Virus record (IMG/VR): IMGVR_UViG_2778261428_000001
DNA length: 46,366 nt
DNA from: a virus
Lineage: Duplodnaviria; Heunggongvirae; Uroviricota; Caudoviricetes
Strand: one strand, 5' to 3'
Shown here: positions 19,582-31,446 of the stretch, one piece after another
Layout: each line of letters starts with the position of its first letter
How positions within the stretch are numbered: the first letter of the stretch is position 1
Notes under the pieces: generated by a model
The model's input: the letters and a program-made list of their open reading frames with translations, nothing else
Database searches by the model: none
What the model was told of the DNA's origin: nothing
Position numbers and translations under genes: made by a program

Positions 19582-21540
19582 TTACGCCGTACATTTCACC
19601 AGACCGCGGTGATCAACTGGCGCGACACCGGCGTCAATACGCACTTTCGTTGTCACGCCATCCACACTGAAGCCCTCCATCTGATCAATATATGGCGTAT
19701 CCACACCGTTGAGATAAGCCACTTCAATCGTATCGGAGCCTTTTGACGCAGCCAGGTAGAAGGTGGTCTGGCTGTTATCATCAAGACGAGGCTCTGCAAT
19801 AACGGTCGCAAAATCTTTCACCGGGTTAATAATACCGGCGTTAATGTCAGCCCCCTTGACACTTGAGGAGCGAATGACCTGGTTAGCAACAGACTCCATC
19901 GCCGTCGGTACCAGTACGAACGCAGGACGAATATTCAGATGACGCTCCCCCTCTTTCTGAACGCGCATCAACTGGCGGGCTTTATCCAGCGATGCCACGT
20001 CCATTGCAGCGCTCTCCAGTACGTTTGCATGTTTCGCTTTATCGAACAGACTTACATTATCTGTGGAGATTTTCGGGTTAGACGTCAGAATGGCATAAAC
20101 CAGATCGGCAATAGTGGATTTCGCCGCACGGCCCAGTTTCATCGGGACATCGGTCAGCATATTCAGATCATCATTGATAATGGCCTGACGGGTGATACTG
20201 AACAGCTCGCCATAGGTCGCCAGTGCAATAGTGGCCTGTTTATCTCCGGTGGTGACGTATTTATATTCCGCCCCTTCACGCACCTGACGCAGAGCACTGA
20301 AGCCCCCCATACCCACACGATGGGCAATTTTAAAATCAGACAACTGACCTTTCCGCGTCCACTGTTCATAGGTTTCAGGGGCATCTTCCCAGCCCTGCAG
20401 AATGGCTTTGTTCGCAACATCCAGCAGAATATTACCGAAGTCAGACGTACTGTGTGTGAACGCCGCACCGACCATCTGCATCGGGTTATAACTGGAAACC
20501 CCAATACCCCGTTCAGTCAGTGACATACGGGCATATTCACGCAGGGTCATCCCGTTGTAGACATTATCACGTTCGGTTTTTTCAAATCCGGCACGCGCCA
20601 TCAGCGCCTGGCGGATCCCGTCCCCCACAAAATTACCGTTACCGGCATAAATATGAGCCGGGGTATTTTTATTGGATGGCGTGGACTCGCGCCCCATCTC
20701 GTTCAACAGCTTTTCGCGGGCCTGCTCCAGCGAACATTCAGGATCGGCAAGACACTGAGCCTGCAGCGACTGATAACGCCCGCCAAACATGGCAAACAGA
20801 TCATTAATACCGTTTACACGCGCTTTTTGCTCTGCCAGGACCTGCGCACGGATGCTGTTTTCATCCACCACGGGTGCTGCTGCCTGCACTGGCGTCCGGG
20901 AGGCTGCAGGTTCATCATCCTGTACGCGTGGAGCACTGTTGCGTGGCGGAGTAATCATGTTTCGAATGGATTCCGGCATCTTTTTAAATTCCTCTGTACG
21001 TTTTGACTGAATACATGCCATTGCCTTAACGGCTGGTGTCACCTGATCAGCAAATCCCTGTGCCAGACATTCGGCACCGGACATCCAGGTCTCATCCGCC
21101 AGCATGGCAGCAATTTCATCGGTGGTTTTCCCGGTTTTCTGTGCATAAGCGGGTAACAGAACCGCCTCAACTTTATCGAGCAGGTCGGCATAGGTGCGCA
21201 TGTCCTCCGCATCACCGCCCGTAAAGCCAAATGGTTTATGAATCATCATGAAGGAGTTTTCCGGCATAATGACCGGGTTTCCCACCATCGCAATGACCGA
21301 CGCCATTGACGCCGCCACACCGTCGACATAAACGGTAATGGACGCACCATGTGTTTTCAGTGCATTAAAAATGGCGATGCCTTCAAAGACATCGCCACCC
21401 GGTGAATTAATATGGAGATTAATGTGGGTGATATCGCCCAGTGCATTCAGATCACTGATAAACTGCTTCGCCGTAACACCCCAGAAACCAATCTCGTCAT
21501 AAATATAAATATCCGCGTCACTCTGGTGACCTGCCTGCAT
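19582..21540 (-). CDS. Prohead protease (ClpP/S49-like) fused to major capsid protein (HK97-fold)
   Basis: One ORF with an N-terminal ClpP-like fold (INSPGGDVFEGIAIFNALK, MASVIAMVGNPVIMPENSFMMIHKP), a middle scaffold-like region and a C-terminal HK97-like capsid region; start taken at the Met at 21540 next to the portal stop. Confidence 0.7.
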   Translation of the reverse strand: MQAGHQSDADIYIYDEIGFWGVTAKQFISDLNALGDITHINLHINSPGGDVFEGIAIFNALKTHGASITVYVDGVAASMASVIAMVGNPVIMPENSFMMIHKPFGFTGGDAEDMRTYADLLDKVEAVLLPAYAQKTGKTTDEIAAMLADETWMSGAECLAQGFADQVTPAVKAMACIQSKRTEEFKKMPESIRNMITPPRNSAPRVQDDEPAASRTPVQAAAPVVDENSIRAQVLAEQKARVNGINDLFAMFGGRYQSLQAQCLADPECSLEQAREKLLNEMGRESTPSNKNTPAHIYAGNGNFVGDGIRQALMARAGFEKTERDNVYNGMTLREYARMSLTERGIGVSSYNPMQMVGAAFTHSTSDFGNILLDVANKAILQGWEDAPETYEQWTRKGQLSDFKIAHRVGMGGFSALRQVREGAEYKYVTTGDKQATIALATYGELFSITRQAIINDDLNMLTDVPMKLGRAAKSTIADLVYAILTSNPKISTDNVSLFDKAKHANVLESAAMDVASLDKARQLMRVQKEGERHLNIRPAFVLVPTAMESVANQVIRSSSVKGADINAGIINPVKDFATVIAEPRLDDNSQTTFYLAASKGSDTIEVAYLNGVDTPYIDQMEGFSVDGVTTKVRIDAGVAPVDHRGLVKCTA

Positions 21541-21553
21541 CCTGAACCAGGAA

Positions 21554-23062
21554 TTATTCTTCGGACTGGTCGTCGGTGTGCTGCGGCTCCTGTCGTTTCG
21601 TTGCGGCACTGCTGCCTCCTTTATCACTGGCCGGATCGGTATCAAATACCAGATCCAGCTTGCGGTTTTCATCAATTTCGGCCTTGCGCCGACGTTTGAC
21701 ATCATCTGGATTACGACCACCTGCACGTACCCAGTCTGATTCTGTCGCCGCTCCACCACGAATCTGAATTTTCCAGGCCTCAGCCTCCTTAACAGGGTCA
21801 ATCCACGGCATCACCGGTCCGGAATACACCGCGGTATACAGTGAAGATCGGTCCAGATCGCGGGGTAGCCTGATAACACCGGATACCACAGCCTGTTTCA
21901 GCCAGGCACGGTACATCGGGCGGGTGACGGCACCAATAAACCAGTCCTGCAGGATCAGGTAGCCATCAGTAGATTCAACCAGCTCCTGACGCTGGGCGCT
22001 GTAAGTGCCGTTATAGTTGCGCGCTGTACTGGAAAAACTCAGACGACTGCCCGCAGCCACGGCACGCAACTGACCATTACGAAAAGTTTCAAGGTTAGGA
22101 TTGGGGCGATCCGACTTCACCATTCCGATTTCTTCGCCGGGTTTCAGATCGTCGTAAATAATGCCTGGCTGAATGGTAAGCTCGCGTTCATTCTCCTTGC
22201 TGTCATTACCATCCGTTTCATAGCTCTGTCCGTCGCCTTTCCGGATGTACATCCCCAGAGCAGCGGCGATCCTTGCTGCAGTCAGCTCAGAATCTTCATA
22301 CTCTTTCAGAGCACTGAGGCGGATCAGCACACCGGACAACAAAGACGTCCCGCGCATCTGGTGCAGACGGCGAACAAATTTAAGATGCAGCATTCGCTCT
22401 GCATCCACTTCTTTGGTTTCCATCTGCCGCCCGGATACGGGACGGCTTTTATACACCAGATATTTTTCGGGACGCCCCCAGTCATCAACAAACACGCCCT
22501 GATTCAGCCTGTTGCTCTCATCACTGGTCATGGGAATAAAGTCCGGCTCGAGCGCCTCCAGCCAGAAATGAACACCGGCAGAAGGCGTCAGGCTGTTTAT
22601 GCGCCCGGAAACCATCTGGGCAAACACCTCACCATCGCGCAGCCAGGTACGCAGCATCAGACGTTCCAGCATCGGACGGGTAAACTGCCCGGTGACCTCC
22701 GGACTGACAGACCATTCACTCCATCGGGTACGTATCTCCGCTGCCAGATCACGGGCAATGGCCCCATTGCGTAATACCGGATGTGGCTCGACAATAATCC
22801 CGTTTTTCCCCACCACCCGTTCTTCCAGCTTGTCAAATACACCAATGACCAGATCGTGGTTGTTATCAAGGTAACGAGCCTGCTCACGTAACGACACGGC
22901 CCCGTACTGGCTTAACTGGTCGGCAGTTCGGTTCTCCCGTCGGGCTTTGTGTGTCCGCGTCGTTTTTACGGCCTCATAAGCCTGGATCACCGCACGGGAA
23001 CGCAGCCTTGCCGCTTTCCATCCTGGTGAAAAAACGCCAATCACATCATCAAGAATTGCCAT
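21554..23062 (-). CDS. Portal protein
   Basis: About 500 aa between W-like and protease-capsid genes; lambda-type portal position; start taken at the Met abutting the upstream gene (ORF track extends to 23134). Confidence 0.8.
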   Translation of the reverse strand: MAILDDVIGVFSPGWKAARLRSRAVIQAYEAVKTTRTHKARRENRTADQLSQYGAVSLREQARYLDNNHDLVIGVFDKLEERVVGKNGIIVEPHPVLRNGAIARDLAAEIRTRWSEWSVSPEVTGQFTRPMLERLMLRTWLRDGEVFAQMVSGRINSLTPSAGVHFWLEALEPDFIPMTSDESNRLNQGVFVDDWGRPEKYLVYKSRPVSGRQMETKEVDAERMLHLKFVRRLHQMRGTSLLSGVLIRLSALKEYEDSELTAARIAAALGMYIRKGDGQSYETDGNDSKENERELTIQPGIIYDDLKPGEEIGMVKSDRPNPNLETFRNGQLRAVAAGSRLSFSSTARNYNGTYSAQRQELVESTDGYLILQDWFIGAVTRPMYRAWLKQAVVSGVIRLPRDLDRSSLYTAVYSGPVMPWIDPVKEAEAWKIQIRGGAATESDWVRAGGRNPDDVKRRRKAEIDENRKLDLVFDTDPASDKGGSSAATKRQEPQHTDDQSEE

Positions 23063-23280
23063 CAGAACCTCGCCAGCCGGTACCCGGGATGCCCCCGTCG
23101 TCGTGTAATCAGAGCCGCAAGGCGGCGCTCCCACTCCTGCCGCCCCTGCCGGATCTCAGATAAGTTTTCCATGGTCATCTGCTGACCATTAAAAGTGACG
23201 GATTTTCCGTCCAGCACCGCCATTTCAGCTTCCGTATAACGCTGAATCATGGCTTCAATATCATTCTGATTCATAACCAT
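23062..23280 (-). CDS. Head-tail joining protein (gpW-like)
   Basis: 72-aa ORF between large terminase and portal, as lambda W. Confidence 0.6.
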   Translation of the reverse strand: MVMNQNDIEAMIQRYTEAEMAVLDGKSVTFNGQQMTMENLSEIRQGRQEWERRLAALITRRRGHPGYRLARF

Positions 23281-25373
23281 CCTCCGGAAGTCAGCCAGGG
23301 GTTAACATCGTCAGTTACTGTTTTCTTCCGTTTTTGTTTTTTAACAGGCGTGGGTACCGGTTCCGGTGAGGGTGACGGTTCGGTACTGTCCGGGACACAC
23401 TCCAGCCAGGTTTCCCGGCTCGCCCACTCCGGTGCATCCGGCCAGCGGATCTTTTCGTATCCATGCAGAATGACCAGAGCCTCGGCATACACCATCAGGT
23501 CAAAAGCTTCGTTGGCACCGCGACCCGGCTTACTCCATTTCCCGTCACTGCTCCGCTCTTCATACGTCAGTTCGTCGTAAAACCAGCTCCCCAGCCAGTC
23601 AGGGAAATGCACATAGCCGGGACCTGGCGAGTCACGCCATAACGCGTTATTCACCCGGTCTTTCAGGGCATCCGTCTGAAGAAGCCAGAGCGGCACATCA
23701 CCTGCGGCCTGCGCCCGTCGGCCCGTTCGTCCGGTGTTATCAGGGAATGTACGGGTGATCAGTTTTGCTCGCCGGATGCTGTCGCCCTTAAACAGGTAAA
23801 TACGTTTACCAAGGCCATCACGACGGCAACGACGCCAGAATTTATAGGCATTATCAGTGACCCCGTCTTCACCGCCGGAGTCCACCGCCATTGCCATCAG
23901 TCGCATTTGTTGAGAAGGGTCGGAGGCCAGCGGCCAGCTTTTATGAAAAACATCCGTCAGCAGGACATCCCAGTCTTCCGGATAGCTGGCCGGATCAATT
24001 CGCTGGCTCTCCCCGTCGCTGTCACCGCGCAATGACTGCGTGATGTTGTAACGATCAATAATCCAGCGTTCGCCACGGCTGCCATAGCCCGTTACCTGAA
24101 CCACAAAACGGCGATGACGTCCCGCCTGCACATCCACTGTCGCCACAAGGAAATTAACGCCATCCGGCACACTGCGGGAAGGAACTGGCTCTGCCCGCTG
24201 CTCAAGCAATTCACTTTTTCGTTGCTCCATGCTGGCGCGGGGAAGATAAGGTAATCCCCAGTCGGTATTGATAACCGTCTTGAGTGTCTCTTCACTTCCG
24301 GTTGTCTCGTATTCCTGTTCTGCAGTAAGCAGTTTGTAAACGAGTTGCGAGAGTGTCTGATAAGCAGCTGCCGGACCCTCCATCCAGAATGACGCAATAC
24401 GTGAACGCCGGGGATCACCATAACGACTGCCATCTGCATTGATGGATTCACCATCCCGTAACCAGACCCCACGTCCGTTCAGCTCGCGTTTTTGTTCAGG
24501 CAAAATCCGTCCTGAACAGGAAGGACACTGAATATAAGCCGCCTCACTTGCCAGCACAGGATCGGCAATATCACGGAAACCAGCAACCACATCGCCGCAG
24601 GGCTGAAAATACTCACCACAGTGTGGACAGGGCCAGTACCAGCGACGGCGATCGCCACGGTTATAGAGCGACAGGATCCCCGTGGTTGGTGGAGCCTCAT
24701 GCGGTGAAGTCCGTCGCCATTTCACATCCTTCACATCCCTGCCGGGGGAACTCTCCACAAGCGTCATACCACTGGACATAAATGTGGTGGTACGTTTTGA
24801 GGCAAGAGAGAAGGCATCCCCCTCACCATCAATATCTTCCGGAAAACGGTCATAATCCGTCAGCGCCACGCATTTATAATCTGATGAAGACATGATATTG
24901 ACTGACGGCCAGCCGATTTTCAGGTAGTTGCCAGCAAGGAATGTTCTGTCATAAACGTTGTTGTCATTTTTGTTCGGACTCAGGCGACTGACCACTTCCG
25001 GGCTGACGCGAAACGTTCTGGCGAGTCGTTTTTTGGAGTGTTCGCGGGCTTTTTCCTCCGTCATCTGAATGATCAGCATATCAGCAGGATCGCAAATCAC
25101 GTTGTAAATCACCCAGCCGTCAATCAGGCCGATAGTCTTGCCGGTTCGTGCCGGGCCAACAAATATCACTGCGTCGTATTCACGCGAGGCCAGGCAGTTC
25201 ATAGGCTCAATAACATACGGTGCCACCAGCGGATCCCACGGGACTGAGTTCCCTGCCCCCATGGGCACCCGCATATACTGAGCAACGGCATCAGCAACCC
25301 GCATTCGTCTCGGTGCGCGAAGGATATAACCTGAATCGGTTCGTGCTGCCTTTGCGGTTTCCTGATTCAGCAT
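23271..25373 (-). CDS. Terminase large subunit (lambda gpA-like)
   Basis: 700 aa; Walker A (VGPARTGKT), lambda-A-type nuclease region; start coupled to small subunit stop. Confidence 0.9.
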   Translation of the reverse strand: MLNQETAKAARTDSGYILRAPRRMRVADAVAQYMRVPMGAGNSVPWDPLVAPYVIEPMNCLASREYDAVIFVGPARTGKTIGLIDGWVIYNVICDPADMLIIQMTEEKAREHSKKRLARTFRVSPEVVSRLSPNKNDNNVYDRTFLAGNYLKIGWPSVNIMSSSDYKCVALTDYDRFPEDIDGEGDAFSLASKRTTTFMSSGMTLVESSPGRDVKDVKWRRTSPHEAPPTTGILSLYNRGDRRRWYWPCPHCGEYFQPCGDVVAGFRDIADPVLASEAAYIQCPSCSGRILPEQKRELNGRGVWLRDGESINADGSRYGDPRRSRIASFWMEGPAAAYQTLSQLVYKLLTAEQEYETTGSEETLKTVINTDWGLPYLPRASMEQRKSELLEQRAEPVPSRSVPDGVNFLVATVDVQAGRHRRFVVQVTGYGSRGERWIIDRYNITQSLRGDSDGESQRIDPASYPEDWDVLLTDVFHKSWPLASDPSQQMRLMAMAVDSGGEDGVTDNAYKFWRRCRRDGLGKRIYLFKGDSIRRAKLITRTFPDNTGRTGRRAQAAGDVPLWLLQTDALKDRVNNALWRDSPGPGYVHFPDWLGSWFYDELTYEERSSDGKWSKPGRGANEAFDLMVYAEALVILHGYEKIRWPDAPEWASRETWLECVPDSTEPSPSPEPVPTPVKKQKRKKTVTDDVNPWLTSGGWL

Positions 25374-25867
25374 TACTCCTCCTGCTGTAATTCCTCCTCA
25401 TCATCCGCACCTGCTTCAGTCACCCGCAGGGCTATCTGATCGCGCAGATCATCAATAATGGACTGAACACGGCTCACAGCGGCAGGCTGCAGACCGCAGT
25501 CACGTTCAAGAATATCCGGTAATGTCTCCAGCACCTGCACGACCGCTTTTGCCCAGATGGCAAACTCCCGTCTGACATCACTGGCCGGAATGAGTTGCGC
25601 CGTTTCCTGTTCGAACTTAAGACGCTCACGTTCAGACTGATACCAGGCTTTGCGCTCATGTGCGTCCATTTCGCCTTCTGCAACCGGCGGTGGTAATGCC
25701 AGAAATGCCGACACAATATCAACCACCCGATAAAGCTTGAGGTTGCTTTCATGCCCCCCTGCAACGGGTAGATTTTGCAGCCTTGCCGCAGCAGTCTGGC
25801 GATGTACACCTGACAGTGCCGCCAATTGACTGATATTCAGCGTCAGATTTTTTAACTCTCGATCCAT
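25373..25867 (-). CDS. Terminase small subunit
   Basis: 164 aa with N-terminal HTH-like segment (LNISQLAALSGVHRQTAAARL) and acidic C-terminus; immediately upstream of and overlapping the large subunit. Confidence 0.65.
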   Translation of the reverse strand: MDRELKNLTLNISQLAALSGVHRQTAAARLQNLPVAGGHESNLKLYRVVDIVSAFLALPPPVAEGEMDAHERKAWYQSERERLKFEQETAQLIPASDVRREFAIWAKAVVQVLETLPDILERDCGLQPAAVSRVQSIIDDLRDQIALRVTEAGADDEEELQQEE

Positions 25868-26039
25868 ACCCGCTCCAGAATGTTTTAAACATGCATCTTG
25901 CGAACGACTTTAGGCAAACGGTGTTAGTGATGAACAAAAAACAATCAAAATCGACACCACAAAAATAAAAATACTGCAATATCAATCTATTACAGTAGTG
26001 GTGATGACGGATGAAATTTCAAAAACTAGCCTTTTTCCG

Positions 26040-26110
26040 CGACGCTCCCGCCCCGTGGCAGGGGCCCCCACCGGGAGGACCCGACAGCCTGACAGCCTGA
26101 CAGCCGTGAT
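26040..26110. repeat. GC-rich tract with direct repeats (GACAGCCT x3); candidate cos/packaging region
   Basis: Sequence cgcgacgctcccgccccgtggcaggggcccccaccgggaggacccgacagcctgacagcctgacagcc lies about 200 bp upstream of the small terminase start. Confidence 0.3.
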
Positions 26111-26241
26111 GAGCATCTGATACAGCGCTTTACATAATGGCATAGGAATAATTCAGAAGGACATCACAGCATGCCCACACAAATTAGTGTGAGTGTCCTG
26201 TTTCTTCCTACGCACAGGACTGACGAGCATGAGGGGAAAAT

Positions 26242-26409
26242 ATGCGAACCATAAATGCCTCATCTTCAGCAATGCAACCGGCATCCGAACAGGACGATAT
26301 TGTAAATTCACCTAATTACGAGGACATTGCAGTAGTTGAATTGCAGCTCTGTATTAGCCTGACAGTGACAGAATGCGATATTGACTCTGTCACAGGTGAA
26401 ATAGTTTGA
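26242..26409 (+). CDS. Small hypothetical protein (YnfO-like position)
   Basis: 55-aa ORF (MRTINASSSAMQPASEQDD...) preceded by GAGGGG Shine-Dalgarno; not in the supplied ORF track (below its length cut-off). Confidence 0.3.
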   Translation: MRTINASSSAMQPASEQDDIVNSPNYEDIAVVELQLCISLTVTECDIDSVTGEIV

Positions 26410-26429
26410 ATGATTAGCAGTTATGATGC

Positions 26430-26636
26430 TCAGTCAACCACCAGGGAATAATCCTTCGAATTCTTATCGTGCTTCACCAACGCTGCCTCAATTGCCCTGA
26501 ATGCTTCCAGAGACACCTGATGTTCTATACATGCAATTACAACATCCGGGTAACTCATAGAAATGGTGCTATTAAGCATATTTTTTACACGAATCAGATC
26601 CAACGAGAGTTCATCAGCAGATTGTTCTTTATTCAT
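26430..26636 (-). CDS. Hypothetical small protein
   Basis: 68-aa ORF; no recognised family. Confidence 0.3.
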   Translation of the reverse strand: MNKEQSADELSLDLIRVKNMLNSTISMSYPDVVIACIEHQVSLEAFRAIEAALVKHDKNSKDYSLVVD

Positions 26637-26936
26637 TTTGTCGCTCCATGCGTTTGCTCGTCATCTAGCGGTTAAAATATTACTTCAAATCTTACTGCAT
26701 AAAAGAGGAAAAGTATGAAAGTTTGAGTACATCGACCTTACATACATCTGTCGGTTGCATATCCCTCCTGGATGCCAGCAAGGCTCAATTTTGTTACGCA
26801 ATCAACACTATTCATCAAAAACAGGCTTAATATTTGACATAAATCATCAACAAAACACAAAGAGGTCAGACCAGATTGAAACAATAAACACGATAATGCT
26901 AACTACGCGCCATCGTATCACATGGAAGGTTTACCA

Positions 26937-27347
26937 ATGGCTCAGGCTGCCATTTTTAAAGAAATATTCGATCAAGTGCGTAAAGATTTAAACTGTGAAT
27001 TATTTTATTCTGAGCTAAAACGTCACAATGTCTCACTTTATATTTACTATTTAGCCACAGATAATATTCACATTGTGTTAGAAAACGACAACATAGTGTT
27101 AGTAAAAGGACTCAAAAAGGTTGTAAATGTTAAATTCTCCAGAAACAAACATCTTATAGAGACCTCCTATAATAAGTTGAAATCAAAAGAAATCACATTT
27201 CAACAATACAGGGAAAATCTTGCTAAAGCAGCAGTTTTCCGATGGGTTACAAATATCCAGGAACACCAAAGATATTACTATGCCTTTGATAACTCATTAC
27301 TATTTACTGAAAGCATCCAGAAAACTACACAGATCTTACCACGCTAA
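26937..27347 (+). CDS. ydfO: DUF1398-family prophage protein YdfO
   Basis: Recalled near-identity to K-12 YdfO from [33 protein letters not shown]...; start taken at the internal Met of the 141-aa ORF. Confidence 0.7.
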   Translation: MAQAAIFKEIFDQVRKDLNCELFYSELKRHNVSLYIYYLATDNIHIVLENDNIVLVKGLKKVVNVKFSRNKHLIETSYNKLKSKEITFQQYRENLAKAAVFRWVTNIQEHQRYYYAFDNSLLFTESIQKTTQILPR

Positions 27348-27498
27348 ACCATAACGTCCGGCTTCTCTCACTCCTGAGCCGGACTGCATTGGTTTAATAA
27401 AAACCATCAACAATTGTGATTTAGATATTCGGAACCATTCAAATATAACAAAACCCCGTAAAAACGAGGTTTATGGATAAATTTTATTATTGAATACA

Positions 27499-27675
27499 TC
27501 AGATTAAATTAATCTTGACATCATAGCTTTCAAGACCCGTCATTTTTTCCCGTGCGGTAAACTGAATACTGGTAACTTCTTTCCCGGTCTTTTTCTTAAG
27601 TTCAATAATTTTTTTTGTTATATATTCAGAAATATCTGCTTCTGCTTTTGTTTTTAAGTTTTCAATATTCATCAT
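27499..27675 (-). CDS. gnsB: GnsA/GnsB-family protein
   Basis: 58-aa ORF found by hand translation: MMNIENLKTKAEADISEYITKKIIELKKKTGKEVTSIQFTAREKMTGLESYDVKINLI; Gns family signature; below ORF track cut-off. Confidence 0.75.
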   Translation of the reverse strand: MMNIENLKTKAEADISEYITKKIIELKKKTGKEVTSIQFTAREKMTGLESYDVKINLI

Positions 27676-27843
27676 TTCCTCTTTTAGTCTGTTATGACTT
27701 TCCAGTTACACAGTAAGTCGATTATATGGTGCAAACGTGTAAAAGATAAGATGAAACATCGCAATAATCAACATACGATAGTCTAAATTTTACACAAACA
27801 GACAAAGAGAATTTTCCTGAATTATCAATACAATAGCATCAAA

Positions 27844-28074
27844 TCAACTCAAGAGCCTTATTGCTGCTTCCAGAATTTCTTCTGAAGTAACATGTCGATC
27901 CGCGGCTACATAAATGACTTTATGATCTCCGGTCAGAGATGGAAACCCTGCGGCCATTACAGTAAGGTGTGTTTTTTCGCCATTTGGATATTCACGCATG
28001 ATGGTGTTAACTCCAGTCATCGCTGGCACTACCACTGCTGGTTCAGAGTTAAAAAAAACTATGATTTTTTTCAT
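27844..28074 (-). CDS. Hypothetical small protein (YnfN position)
   Basis: ORF between gnsB and cspI; start taken at MKKIIVFF. Confidence 0.35.
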   Translation of the reverse strand: MKKIIVFFNSEPAVVVPAMTGVNTIMREYPNGEKTHLTVMAAGFPSLTGDHKVIYVAADRHVTSEEILEAAIRLLS

Positions 28075-28116
28075 GATGTTACCGTAGTATGTGAGTATCC
28101 ATCGAATAGATACCAA

Positions 28117-28142
28117 GCAAAAAAGCTCCCGAAGGAGCCTTC
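28117..28142 (-). terminator. Rho-independent terminator downstream of cspI
   Basis: Minus-strand transcript reads GGCTCCTTCGGGAGC followed by TTTTTTGCTT. Confidence 0.6.
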
Positions 28143-28345
28143 ATTTTCACTTTTTTAAATCCAACGACAGACGGCTGGCATTTAAGTATTGTGAAATATT
28201 ATCAAATGTAATCATCATTGATTTACAAAAGATACATTTTGCCCCGAAAGGATTCATGTCAGAAACATCAAAAGATGATGTTCTATACTGGGAACCATGA
28301 CAACACGGGCATCTAAAGTGAATATGGTTTGTAATATTGTCTACC

Positions 28346-28558
28346 TCAAAGCGCCACTACATGAACAGCGGCAGGACCTTTAGGTCCGTTCTCAATACCA
28401 AATTCAACTTCCTGATTCTCAGTTAATGTTTTGAAATCGTTGCTCTGAATTGCTGAGAAATGGACAAACACATCTTTGCTGCCATCTTTCGGCGTGATGA
28501 AACCAAAACCTTTTTCAGGGTTAAACCATTTCACTAAACCAGTCATTTTGTTAGACAT
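28346..28558 (-). CDS. cspI: Cold shock protein CspI (CspA family)
   Basis: 70 aa, [38 protein letters not shown]... with RNP1/RNP2 motifs; recalled match to CspI. Confidence 0.9.
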   Translation of the reverse strand: MSNKMTGLVKWFNPEKGFGFITPKDGSKDVFVHFSAIQSNDFKTLTENQEVEFGIENGPKGPAAVHVVAL

Positions 28559-28921
28559 AATTATTACCTTTTGAAGAAATTAGCCCTTGGGCAGAATGGT
28601 CCGAAAAAAAAATATCAGAGAGAAAAACCAACAAGGAAATCTCAAGAGGTACAAATAATAAAATTATAACAATGACTGCTTCAGATAAATTTGTAACAAA
28701 CCAGAACACCATTAACGCATGATTAACCACCCATAGCAAGGATTACTTTTGTAAAGAAAAACACAGCAATGAAAGAATAGCTTTATTTATTAATAAAACG
28801 TGTCATTCTGATTAAGACCTTTTATCTTACCCTTAAGATTTCAGGAATTTTGGCTCATGGAAGAGTCCTTTTTATTTAAATTTTACATTCCGCGATGTAA
28901 ATGTTCCGATTTAATATTACC

Positions 28922-29945
<1,024 letters not shown>

Positions 29946-29949
<4 letters not shown>

Positions 29950-30257
29950 ATATATTTATGATGAGGACGCTCGTGCTTATTGGCAGGATTTTCAATCTTA
30001 AAGGAGTACTGATGCTGCAGATAAGACTCAACTTTTTCTGACAATTTTTCTGCTACTTCCAGGAAGACTTGCCGGACGCTCCTTCTGGCTGCTGCCTCAT
30101 AAAACTCCAGCGCAGCTCCTTCAACACGGTCCATGGCGACATCCAGGTCAAAAATTTCACCGTCAAAGCGTTCTTTGTCCTGTAAGGCTACAGTTACCGT
30201 AACTTTATTCTCAAAATTACGGACTCCTTTCACAACCAGTTCATAGTCTTGAGTCAT
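29946..30257 (-). CDS. ydfR: DUF1327-family prophage protein YdfR
   Basis: 103-aa ORF between holin and endolysin genes as in Qin. Confidence 0.65.
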
Positions 30258-30261
30258 TGGA

Positions 30262-30477
30262 TTACTCTCCTCTCGCAGCCTTACGCCTGTCTTCTTTAAT
30301 CTTGAAATAAAGATTTGTCAGATACGTCAGCAGGCCAAAAACCAGGCTACCCAGCACACCGATTGCAGCCCACTGTGACGGAGTTACTTTATCGAGTAAC
30401 TGCAATGCCCAGAAACCAGCATTACCCGCCGATGTGCCATAGGCAACACCTGTTGTTAACTTATCCATTGATTTCAT
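30262..30477 (-). CDS. essQ: Holin (phage 21 S-type, class II) with dual-start motif
   Basis: MKSMDKL... dual Met start (holin/antiholin), two TM segments, charged C-terminus ([13 protein letters not shown]). Confidence 0.75.
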   Translation of the reverse strand: MKSMDKLTTGVAYGTSAGNAGFWALQLLDKVTPSQWAAIGVLGSLVFGLLTYLTNLYFKIKEDRRKAARGE

Positions 30478-30696
30478 ATCCTCACCCCGATGTACACGGA
30501 TGGTGCAATATGTTTGAAAAGATCGGAGTCTACGGGGTAGTTTTGACAGCACACGTTGTTCTCAACGGCGCTAAAAAAACATACACATTAAAAATGTGGG
30601 TAATTATTTTGAAAGAAAGTCACATATAAAATAATAATACGAGAAATGTTTTCATATTTAGTGTACTGTATACGGCCATTTATACAGGAAAAGCCT

Positions 30697-30867
30697 ATGT
30701 CAGAACGTAAAGACTCAAAATCACGCCGTAATTATCTCGTTAAATGTTCCTGCCCAAACTGCACCCAAGAGTCAGAACACAGTTTTTCAAGAGTACAAAA
30801 AGGTGCCCTTTTGATCTGCCCTCATTGCAACAAAGTATTCCAGACAAATCTTAAAGCTGTAGCCTGA
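30697..30867 (+). CDS. Small zinc-ribbon protein
   Basis: 56 aa from the internal Met; two CxxC pairs (CSCPNC ... CPHCNK). Confidence 0.4.
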   Translation: MSERKDSKSRRNYLVKCSCPNCTQESEHSFSRVQKGALLICPHCNKVFQTNLKAVA

Positions 30868-30922
30868 TTGATTTTATTAGTAACAAGTATTTTTTATATT
30901 TTAATAATATATTTAAAGCAGA

Positions 30923-30949
30923 TAATAAAAAACCCGCCTGAGCGGGTTT
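30923..30949 (-). terminator. Stem-loop with flanking A/T runs (possible bidirectional terminator)
   Basis: aaaaaacccgcctgagcgggttt; T-run on the minus-strand transcript. Confidence 0.45.
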
Positions 30950-31230
30950 GAGATTGTGGTGCTTTTTGTGGGAGTCATCCACTTACGCACTTTGTTTTGC
31001 GATGCCAGCAGTTAGCTTCTGCTGTGAAACTATTCATGCAGCAAACCTGCACTTCACCACAATGGTTAGCATACTTTTCCTGATTAAGATTTTGCCAAAT
31101 ATGCTGGCCATTGTTTCATGTATTGGACCTCCTTACTTTTTATTAAAGAGATCCAATATTCACTACTCTGTCCGTATCTCTACTCAGGCATCAGCCTTCT
31201 TCGTTATCGTATACAGACGAGCGATGAATT

Positions 31231-31446
31231 TTAATCAGTAATGATGACATTTGCTGCTGCAGGACCTTTAGCACCACTCTCTATAGAGAAGGTAACCTTT
31301 TGACCTTCAAATAAGGTTCGATAATTATCATTCTGAATCGCAGAAAAATGCACAAACACATCTTTACTACCATCAACAGGAGAAATAAAGCCGAAACCTT
31401 TATCAGCGTTAAACCATTTTACTAAACCAGTCATTTTATTTGACAT
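31231..31446 (-). CDS. cspB: Cold shock protein (CspA family), CspB-like
   Basis: 71 aa, [38 protein letters not shown]...; position next to cspF remnant and Q as in Qin. Confidence 0.8.
   Translation of the reverse strand: MSNKMTGLVKWFNADKGFGFISPVDGSKDVFVHFSAIQNDNYRTLFEGQKVTFSIESGAKGPAAANVIITD

Noticed and set aside
19939-21010. Plus-strand ORFs (up to 194 aa) inside the protease-capsid gene
   Set aside because: Antisense to a well-supported structural gene; no independent support.
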